Assembly: GCA_013694995.1 (NCBI GenBank)
Contig: JACDBH010000004.1
Span: forward strand, 128,995-192,994
Source: Candidatus Saccharimonadota bacterium
Lineage (GTDB): Bacteria > Patescibacteriota > Saccharimonadia > Saccharimonadales > JACDBH01
DNA: 64,000 bases
Direction: 5' to 3'
A program made the position numbers and the translations under genes. The notes beneath the pieces are model-generated. The model was not told the DNA's origin and ran no database searches. It saw only the letters and a list, made by a program, of their open reading frames with translations. Positions 19,490-25,803 of the stretch are shown one piece after another (the stretch's first letter is position 1; every line of letters begins with the position of its first letter).

Positions 19490-19681
19490 CTAGCGACTAG
19501 AAATTACTGCGAACAGAATCCCTGCAATCGCCAATAACACACTCAAAATACTCAGTAGTAATACGCGTTGCTGCAACCTGTCGTTGTCTCGATCCAGTAA
19601 TTCTATGGTCCGTTCCAAGTGATGGATTGGATTAAGGATTTGGGCATATGAACGATGTTTGTGATGTTTTTTCTTGGCCAT
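19490..19681 (-). CDS. small tail-anchored membrane protein, unknown function
   Basis: 63 aa with a His/Lys-rich N-terminus and a C-terminal TM (LLLSILSVLLAIAGILFAVI). Confidence 0.4.
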   Translation of the reverse strand: MAKKKHHKHRSYAQILNPIHHLERTIELLDRDNDRLQQRVLLLSILSVLLAIAGILFAVISSR

Positions 19682-19783
19682 AAGCTTTAAGAAACTATAG
19701 CAGATAAATATGAGGCAGGCGAGACAGGACCTGTCTATGTTCCTAATTCCAATAAGTTACTACTGGTGCGCGAGAGAGGCTTG

Positions 19784-19870
19784 CTCACGTTCCGCGAGCC
19801 CAGAACTTTCATGCGTTGAACCAGTTCAACCCTGGAAGGTTCTCTTGCAAAATGCCACTGGCATTTCTCA
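19784..19870 (-). ncRNA. 87-nt conserved tRNA-fused element, copy A
   Basis: Shares sequence and compensatory hairpin changes with 22505-22591 (+) and 33747-33832 (-). Begins TGAG and ends GGAACGTGAG. No ORF. Confidence 0.5.
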
Positions 19871-19935
19871 CCTATCGGTTCAAGTTCTCCGGCACCAAAA
19901 CAACAAACCGACCTAAAGAGGCCGGATAGTTGTTT

Positions 19936-20019
19936 TGGTGCGCGAGAGAGGACTTGAACCTCCACGCCTTGCGGCACTTGCCCCTCAGACAAGCGTGTCT
20001 ACCATTCCACCACTCGCGC
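19936..20019 (-). tRNA. tRNA-Leu(GAG), type II, CCA encoded
   Basis: Acceptor GCGCGAG/CTCGCGC, anticodon arm CTTGT-CTGAGGG-GCAAG, T arm GGAGG-TTCAAGT-CCTCT. TATAAT about 22 nt upstream. Confidence 0.85.
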
Positions 20020-20298
20020 GTTTGTAAAGCCATAAAATTATAACATCGCAGGGGTATAATAAAAACATAAGAAGAGAGGGTGATGAGGGACTCGCCTCGC
20101 TGTCAAATCAAAATAGGGACTCGCATGTTGATATATAAATAAAACCTTGCAAGCAAGTATTATTTGCATCCCTGATAAATCAGGGTGCCATAGGAAAACA
20201 TGAACAGCCACTGTCTGTTCATACCCGCCGACCCTAGGCGTCGGCAGTACGAGTCCATACACCAAATTAAAAACCGGCCTTACAGCCGGTGCTTAATT

Positions 20299-20375
20299 TG
20301 GTGGGTGATGAGGGACTCGAACCCCCGACCCTCTCGGTGTAAACGAGATGCTCTAGCCAACTGAGCTAATCACCC
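20299..20375 (-). tRNA. tRNA-Val(TAC), CCA encoded
   Basis: Acceptor GGGTGAT/ATCACCC, anticodon arm TCTCG-TTTACAC-CGAGA, T arm GGGGG-TTCGAGT-CCCTC. Confidence 0.85.
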
Positions 20376-20439
20376 CTAGTTTATATCAATAGGCTCGGGA
20401 GATAGTAGCATACCCAGAGACAATTTTAAAGTGTTATTG

Positions 20440-21423
20440 CTAGTGCAAAGCTTTGTTTGCGCGTTCAGAAATTAGCTTTCCTATTTTCTTTGCTCGTGCT
20501 ATACCGGTTAGCCGATCAGACTCGTAGACTGTTGTTACTCGCGCGAGTCCAGCAGTCTCGCCCGCGATCCATTCCATACATTCATGTATACTGGTTTCTG
20601 TTTTAGCTCGGACAGATAAGAGTTCGCCTATTGTTAAGAATTTATGTCCTTTCGGTGCCTCCAGCCATACAGACACTGGTAATATGCGATCAAATAGTAA
20701 AAGAAGATTGGCCGTACCGGAACTCATCCTCTGTAAGGTAAGGCCTGTTAGATCGTCAAATTTATAATTCCTTTCATCAGTTGAGCCACTTGGAGCAATG
20801 GCAACCATTTTACCGCCTTCTTCAATGTACTGCTGGAGTGCGTTTAGCATGATGGCATTTTCTTCCTGCGCAATGTCATTATCAATACCGGAACGAAAGA
20901 TAGACTTTGAACGGGGTATGCTAAAAAATGTATGTCCCAAATAACTAAGTACTGAACTAGCAGGCAGCCCAAATGCTTCAAGGCGGGTAAGGATCTTGCT
21001 CACCACAATAGCGTTACGTTTTATATATTTTTCGTCACCAAGTGCGCACACAAGTGCTGCCTGCACAATTGGGATATCTTCTAATTTGCCGTGGTTTGTA
21101 ATGAGGGCAATATTTTTGCCTTCCACCAGATCCGTACGTATATTATTGAGTAAATCTGTGCGTGCTTCAAATACCTCCACCATTCTTTCAAATCTATCCG
21201 GGTAGCGGTTGCCAAGAGCCGACGAAGCGTATAAACGGATCGTGTCAAAATTAGTATCGGGTGAGATCGGGTTCATCACATGAGACAAGCGCTGATCGTC
21301 ATGATTAACGGGATCGTAATTCATAAGAACCAAGCCCAGATCACCGCCCTCGTGCTTTTGACCCAAACGCGTTAGTTCGTCATGCAGTGCGACCTCCGAG
21401 TCTAGTGCCCTGTCTCGCTCCAT
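20440..21423 (-). CDS. putative glycerolipid acyltransferase (PlsC-like)
   Basis: H-x4-D block ITNHGKLED and a later IAPSGST resembling the acyltransferase PEGT block. The rest is unrecognised. Confidence 0.4.
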   Translation of the reverse strand: MERDRALDSEVALHDELTRLGQKHEGGDLGLVLMNYDPVNHDDQRLSHVMNPISPDTNFDTIRLYASSALGNRYPDRFERMVEVFEARTDLLNNIRTDLVEGKNIALITNHGKLEDIPIVQAALVCALGDEKYIKRNAIVVSKILTRLEAFGLPASSVLSYLGHTFFSIPRSKSIFRSGIDNDIAQEENAIMLNALQQYIEEGGKMVAIAPSGSTDERNYKFDDLTGLTLQRMSSGTANLLLLFDRILPVSVWLEAPKGHKFLTIGELLSVRAKTETSIHECMEWIAGETAGLARVTTVYESDRLTGIARAKKIGKLISERANKALH

Positions 21424-21544
21424 ATTAGTGATATTAGCACTATAATGAAATAAATTCAGCCGGGTCTCTTGTATTAAATGTAAGCTACTTTACAGGCATG
21501 GAATTGCTGTTTTGGTAAACTCCAATCAGAATAAGGAGCTATCT

Positions 21545-21901
21545 ATGTCTAACATACATGTAAAGACAGCCGCAATTAATCTACGTAGGGCAGTAAATGA
21601 TCTTGAAACTGAGCGCAAACAACTTGAGGCAGATCTCTCTAAGCAGCTAAAAGACATAGATTCTAAGCGCAACAATTTGAGTTATTTAGAAAAACAGCGA
21701 ATTGGAAAAATAAGCCAGACAGATGACCAAGCCGCACAAACACAAAGTTTGGTTATGGCCGAGCGTATGCATAACGAATCCAAAGATCTCGAAAATCAAA
21801 TTGCCCAAATCAAAAATGAGGCAAGCCAACGAACTGCAAGTATAGACAGCCAGATTGCATCGTATAGCGGCCTGGCCAACCAACTAGAGATGCAGGCTTG
21901 A
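21545..21901 (+). CDS. coiled-coil protein, unknown function
   Basis: AAGGAG 7 nt upstream of ATG 21545, preferred over the TTG at 21512. Heptad-rich, Gln/Glu/Lys-rich. Confidence 0.5.
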   Translation: MSNIHVKTAAINLRRAVNDLETERKQLEADLSKQLKDIDSKRNNLSYLEKQRIGKISQTDDQAAQTQSLVMAERMHNESKDLENQIAQIKNEASQRTASIDSQIASYSGLANQLEMQA

Positions 21902-21970
21902 GGTAATAAAGCTTTTCGCGTAATATACAGGGGTCTCGCATCCACTTTTTTAAACCAAGAACTCGTTATG

Positions 21971-22070
21971 TTTGAAAAAGTGAAAGGAGATGACTTGGTG
22001 AAGTTACTAATGATACCGGTCAAACTTGTTTTGCCGGTGACATAGTAACTGCACCATTACACATCGACGC
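21971..22070 (+). promoter_or_regulatory. conserved pre-tRNA leader module, copy 1 (59-nt hairpin 21997-22055)
   Basis: Same architecture as 22388-22479, 40525-40618 and 60010-60101. Helices covary, loop TCAAACTTGTTTTG, and ATTACACATCGACGC abuts the tRNA. Confidence 0.7.
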
Positions 22071-22146
22071 GGCTCTTTAGCTCAGTTGGTAGAGCAGAGG
22101 CCTGAAGAGCCTTGTGTCCCCAGTTCGAGTCTGGGAGGAGCCACCA
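22071..22146 (+). tRNA. tRNA-Phe(GAA), CCA encoded
   Basis: Acceptor GGCTCTT/AGGAGCC, anticodon arm GAGGC-CTGAAGA-GCCTT, T arm CCCAG-TTCGAGT-CTGGG. Confidence 0.85.
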
Positions 22147-22185
22147 AATAAAAACCCCACCCTCCGTGGGGTTTTTATTTGGTGG
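22141..22185 (+). terminator. rho-independent terminator whose 20-bp stem includes the tRNA-Phe CCACCA end
   Basis: CCACCAAATAAAAACCCCAC-CCTCC-GTGGGGTTTTTATTTGGTGG is a perfect inverted repeat with a T-run. Confidence 0.75.
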
Positions 22186-22317
22186 TACTCACAACTAGAA
22201 TATGCCGAAGGCAGTTCGCTAATTGCACGATTAGTGCAATTATATGCAGAACCCTAGAAATCAATCCTTTGAAAAATAGATTTCTAGGAGTGAAGCTATA
22301 TTCTGGGAGGGTATAAC

Positions 22318-22346
22318 TTGTCTGTAATGTCATTTTTAGGTATAAT
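22318..22346 (+). promoter_or_regulatory. sigma70-like promoter TTGTCT-17-TATAAT
   Basis: TTGTCT at 22318-22323, 17-nt spacer, TATAAT at 22341-22346, upstream of leader copy 2. Confidence 0.55.
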
Positions 22347-22387
22347 CCTCCCTGTTCTTATACCAAATTTGCGAGAGAATTCGCGAA

Positions 22388-22479
22388 TTTGAGAGGAGAC
22401 GGCTTGGCGATATTGCCAGGATTGCCGAGCAAACTTGTTTTGGCGGTAATACGGCAAAAACGCCATCACACGTCGACGA
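22388..22479 (+). promoter_or_regulatory. conserved pre-tRNA leader module, copy 2 (59-nt hairpin 22406-22464)
   Basis: TTTGAGAGGAGA..GGCTT, a three-segment hairpin with loop AGCAAACTTGTTTTGG, then ATCACACGTCGACGA abutting tRNA-Gly nt 1. Confidence 0.7.
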
Positions 22480-22504
22480 GCGGGTGTAGCTCAGTTGTTT
22501 AGAG
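22480..22504 (+). pseudogene. 5' fragment (nt 1-25) of tRNA-Gly(GCC), truncated by element copy B
   Basis: GCGGGTGTAGCTCAGTTGTTTAGAG is identical to 22662-22686. A decayed anticodon arm follows at 22592-22613. Confidence 0.7.
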
Positions 22505-22591
22505 TGAGGCCCGCTTGTGGCGGGCCGCAAGGCAAACTTCTGATGAAAACTTGTTTTCAATCATGAAGTTGCGGGGTCGCGGGAACGTGAC
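22505..22591 (+). ncRNA. 87-nt conserved tRNA-fused element, copy B
   Basis: TGAG-GCCCGC/GCGGGC hairpin-CGCAAGG-CTTC...GAAG helix-GTTGCGGGGTCGCGGGAACGTGAC. Homologous to copies A and C. Confidence 0.5.
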
Positions 22592-22661
22592 CTTACTTGC
22601 CAGGCCAAGGAAGCTTTCGTAAGTAACATGATGTACCTTACAATACGAACGAACCAAACAT

Positions 22662-22738
22662 GCGGGTGTAGCTCAGTTGTTTAGAGCGCTTCCTTGCCAA
22701 GGAAGAGGTCGAGAGTTAGAGTCTCTTCACCCGCACCA
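22662..22738 (+). tRNA. tRNA-Gly(GCC), CCA encoded, unusual D loop/T loop
   Basis: Acceptor GCGGGTG/CACCCGC, anticodon arm CTTCC-TTGCCAA-GGAAG, D loop AGTTGTTTA (no GG), T arm GAGAG-TTAGAGT-CTCTT. Confidence 0.85.
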
Positions 22739-24272
22739 AATGGGACTTATCTGTAATGGATAGGTCTTTTTTATTGCCCGCCAATCTGATGAGCTCGCTT
22801 ATTTCGGGGGTGTAAACATTTTTGTTGGCATCCAGCCTAAAACCAGCAGGGAAAACGATTTGTTTAAACCTCAACCTGTTTTCATGTGGTGTCAGGGGGT
22901 CTAGGAACTTTTGGCTCGTGTCACCCACAAAGCCAAAGGCAAACTTTAAGAACCGTTCGTAGTCATCCTCGGCTTTACGAGTGAGCCTGTGCAGTTGGTC
23001 TTCAATGTCTTCAGCTTCCTGTTTTCGTTTAGCTATGTTTGTAAGTATGTCGGACTTAATAGCGGCATTCTCGGGGTCTGTGGCTGCTTCAACCTGTTGG
23101 CTAATACTCTCCTGTAGGCTGGCTAGCTTGTGTCGTAGACGTACAGCCTCTTGCTGGTTCTCGCTCTCACGGCGTTTCCAGACAATATCAAGTGCTTTTG
23201 TGAGGTCAGATACACCAGCATCGGTAATAGGGTTGTTCCTAAGCTGCTTAGTAATTTTATCGTGCATTTCGCCACGGGCTAAGGCGCGCTTACAGGCACG
23301 GCACCTGTACTTTTCGTATATCTTAGGGCTTTTCCCGTTCGTTATGTCCACGCCTACAATGCGGTTGTACTGTTTACCCTCACAAACATCACAGTGAATT
23401 ATGTTGTTGAGGGGGTACTTAGGATTGCCGTTTTTGCGGGGACCAGTTTGGTTTTTCTGCTTCCCTCCAAATATACGCAACAGTTCATGGTGCTGTTCAA
23501 GGGTGATAAGCGGTTCGTGCAGCCCGTTAAGGTTATGGACTTTAACTTGTTTATCAATTGCAACACCGCCAGCGTAATAGATGTCGGTGGCTATCTTACG
23601 AAACTTGTCCATTTTATACAGGGAATGTCCTCTCATGAACTCGCTACTGTTAAGGTTTATCAAGCCCTGGGTTGGCGTGACCCGCTTGGTGACTATATCA
23701 AGCAATACCTTCCTTAGAGCCTGCCCACGCACAGGGTGAGGCTTGTGGATGCCACGTTCATCACCTCGCATGTAGCCTGGCTTAGGGCAAAACGTGTAGC
23801 GACCCTCTTGCAGGGCTTTTGTTTGACCGTTAATTGACTTACGTTGCCGTTCCTCGTTGCTACCTTCAGCAGATAGGTACTTGGTAAACTTGAGTAGCTT
23901 GGCTGCAAGGTCACCTTTGTTTAGCTCAGCGTCTGAGGCGTACCAGACTGTTACCCCTAACTGGCGAAAAGTGACTTCAAAAAACGCAGCTTCATCAATT
24001 GACCGCATAAATCTATCTGGTTCGTCTACAATAATGTACTTAATGCGCTTATCTTTTTTGCAGCGTACTATCATTTGGTTTAGGTCTTTACGGTCTACGT
24101 TCGTACCCCGCTTGCTTGAGACGCTGCCAGACCACCAGCAGTCATCAGGTATCATTACGCCTAATTCATTAGCCGCTTTTAATACAACTTCTCTCTGACG
24201 ATTAAGACTGTTATTCTCCAGTTGCTCGGTACTAGAGACTCTGCACAGTGCTATGGCGAGATGCTTAGGCAT
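22716..24272 (-). CDS. large serine recombinase (integrase type)
   Basis: N-terminal resolvase catalytic block AIALCRVSSTEQ...SL.RQ, a recombinase domain, the Cys cluster CDVC..//..CRAC (zinc ribbon), and a C-terminal coiled coil. 518 aa. Confidence 0.9.
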   Translation of the reverse strand: MPKHLAIALCRVSSTEQLENNSLNRQREVVLKAANELGVMIPDDCWWSGSVSSKRGTNVDRKDLNQMIVRCKKDKRIKYIIVDEPDRFMRSIDEAAFFEVTFRQLGVTVWYASDAELNKGDLAAKLLKFTKYLSAEGSNEERQRKSINGQTKALQEGRYTFCPKPGYMRGDERGIHKPHPVRGQALRKVLLDIVTKRVTPTQGLINLNSSEFMRGHSLYKMDKFRKIATDIYYAGGVAIDKQVKVHNLNGLHEPLITLEQHHELLRIFGGKQKNQTGPRKNGNPKYPLNNIIHCDVCEGKQYNRIVGVDITNGKSPKIYEKYRCRACKRALARGEMHDKITKQLRNNPITDAGVSDLTKALDIVWKRRESENQQEAVRLRHKLASLQESISQQVEAATDPENAAIKSDILTNIAKRKQEAEDIEDQLHRLTRKAEDDYERFLKFAFGFVGDTSQKFLDPLTPHENRLRFKQIVFPAGFRLDANKNVYTPEISELIRLAGNKKDLSITDKSHLVRVKRL

Positions 24273-24355
24273 GATTACCCCTTACTAATACAAGAGGGAG
24301 CTTCTCGGACAAGGTCAATGCACGACCTAAAGAAGCTCCCGCTAGTAATAATAAA

Positions 24356-24517
24356 TTAGTTAGTCTCGGTAGATTGTGCATTGTTTTGTCCATCCTCTAT
24401 TGTACCTTTTTCCCTCTGTTCTTCCTCTTTGTACATATCATAAATCAGCTCTGCTAGTGCCAGAGCGTCCTTCTTTCTTGCCTCTTTGGTGGTAAGTGGT
24501 AGCTTGGAATACGACAT
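24356..24517 (-). CDS. small acidic protein (53 aa), unknown function; possible recombination directionality or regulatory factor
   Basis: ORF below the track cutoff (MSYSKLPLTTKEARKKDALALAELIYDMYKEEEQ...). It sits just upstream of the recombinase and is followed by hairpin GGGAGCTTCT/AGAAGCTCCC. Weak RBS. Confidence 0.3.
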   Translation of the reverse strand: MSYSKLPLTTKEARKKDALALAELIYDMYKEEEQREKGTIEDGQNNAQSTETN

Positions 24518-24866
24518 TGGAGCGTTTCTGCTCCAGGAAAATAAAAAAGCCCTGGAGTCTTACCCACTTCCAGGGACGTGTCAGCTACATTTACTTTGAT
24601 GGGGCTGTTGAAGTTATTATACCACTATTTGCCAGACACAATCTAGGTAGTGATACAGAGGTGATATAATTGCAACAAGTGGTAAATCCACTCAGACCTA
24701 AACCACAGCTTTAGCAGTGGCATGGTTGATAAAACCTACGTAAATGCAATCCCGTCATTGGGTATCTATTTACGTAGGTCATAACTGGAAACGGTTGTGG
24801 CGGCTTCGGTCGCGTCTCAGTGGCGGGTTTTTATTTTGACCGCTGCTTATAACAAGGAGCATCGTA

Positions 24867-25028
24867 ATGGGCAAAGTCATTAAAAAGATAATTGTATGGG
24901 TCGTAATACTGTTAGGCATAACTCAGGTAGTCGCGGGTGAACCGCCTGTAAAGGCAGTGGGTGTGGTGTTGATACTGGCAATGATTTTCTGGGATAATGC
25001 AGGACGCTTGAAGAAGAAAAATGACTAA
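24867..25028 (+). CDS. small 2-TM membrane protein (53 aa)
   Basis: AAGGAG 7 nt upstream of the ATG. Stop overlaps the next start in an ATGA-type arrangement. Hydrophobic IIVWVVILLGI and VGVVLILAMIFW. Confidence 0.5.
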   Translation: MGKVIKKIIVWVVILLGITQVVAGEPPVKAVGVVLILAMIFWDNAGRLKKKND

Positions 25029-25455
25029 CAATAACGGCTGGAATATATCACCTGAACAGAGAGCTGCTGAAGCCAAAGATGTTGCGTCTCAAAAGAAAAT
25101 CAAGATTGCTTACGTGGTTATCCTGGCTGCAATACTCATCCCGCTATTACTTTTCAATAGCCCGTATAGTCCTCTCCATAAAGAGAGTAGTGTTAGCTAT
25201 GGCATGAGCCGCGAACAGGTAGACCGTATGAAGGCACAAGACCTTATTGATAATGACGATGTAGATATCTTTCTTGAATCATGCGAGGAAAACACATCCG
25301 AGAAGACCAGAGAAGCTATGGCAAAGCGGTGCGGGTGCGAGTTCAATGTCCTGGCAAATGTAGCCGAAACGTATAACAAGAAGTTCAGTGATGTAATATC
25401 AGACTCAGATACGGCAGTACTTTTGCTTGTCAAAGAGCGATGCCCTGCAACTTAG
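25021..25455 (+). CDS. single-pass membrane protein, unknown function
   Basis: 144 aa with TM segment IAYVVILAAILIPLLLF. Island cargo. Confidence 0.5.
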   Translation: MTNNNGWNISPEQRAAEAKDVASQKKIKIAYVVILAAILIPLLLFNSPYSPLHKESSVSYGMSREQVDRMKAQDLIDNDDVDIFLESCEENTSEKTREAMAKRCGCEFNVLANVAETYNKKFSDVISDSDTAVLLLVKERCPAT

Positions 25456-25468
25456 GAGAGTAGAGACA

Positions 25469-25729
25469 GTGACCAACAAAAACATTAGGGCTACAGATGA
25501 TTATGAAGATGAGCTTAAACTTGCCAAGGAATTGTTCTTCAAGGCGTGTAAACTTGGCTTTGAAACTAATAAGCTCACGGTAGGGTTAATCCAAAGAAGA
25601 CTACAAATAACTTACATGATGGCTATGTTTTTACTGAATGAAATAGAGAGACGAAATATTGCAGCTCGTGTAGGAGATACATACATATTTAGAATGTGTG
25701 TAAAAAGTATTGAAGACTGTAAGTGGTAA
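25469..25729 (+). CDS. winged-helix DNA-binding protein resembling the FtsK gamma domain
   Basis: LTVGLIQRRLQITYMMAMFLLNEIERRNI resembles the FtsK-gamma pattern S.S.LQRRL.IGY.RAARL...E..G. A GTG start follows AGGAGAG; the track start at 25427 is an alternative. Confidence 0.45.
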   Translation: MTNKNIRATDDYEDELKLAKELFFKACKLGFETNKLTVGLIQRRLQITYMMAMFLLNEIERRNIAARVGDTYIFRMCVKSIEDCKW

Positions 25730-25803
25730 CCACTACTGCGCTTCAGTTGCGATTAAAAGTTAAGTGCACTTATTTAACCATGCTGATGATATATTAAAAG
25801 CAT

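Noticed and set aside
19796-19810. GAAAGTTCTGGGCTC in element copy A resembles the RNase P RNA P4 block GGAAAGTCCGGGCTC
   Set aside because: The element is only 87 nt, is present in three copies, and lacks every other RNase P RNA conserved region. I treat the resemblance as coincidence.
19710-20265. Track ORFs 19710-19916 (+), 19735-19992 (-) and 20038-20265 (-)
   Set aside because: They overlap tRNA genes, tRNA fragments and hairpin-rich non-coding sequence, have no RBS, and have odd composition.
22403-22500. Small ORFs starting at the TTG after the GGAG-like box in each tRNA leader. Examples: (M)AILPGLPSKLVLAVIRQ..., (M)VKLLMIPVKLVLPVT, and the track ORF 40490-40684
   Set aside because: Peptide lengths and stop positions are not conserved. 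Substitutions between copies are paired across the hairpin, preserving RNA helices rather than amino acids. The shared K(L/F)(V/I)L just reflects the conserved loop.
22540-22546. CTGATGA (hammerhead ribozyme core box) inside element copy B
   Set aside because: The box is absent from copies A and C, lies in the variable hairpin, and has no matching GAAA or cleavage-site helix arrangement.
22336-22560. Track ORF 22336-22560 (-), 74 aa
   Set aside because: It is antisense to the tRNA-Gly leader, stump and element copy B, where all conservation is explained at the RNA level.
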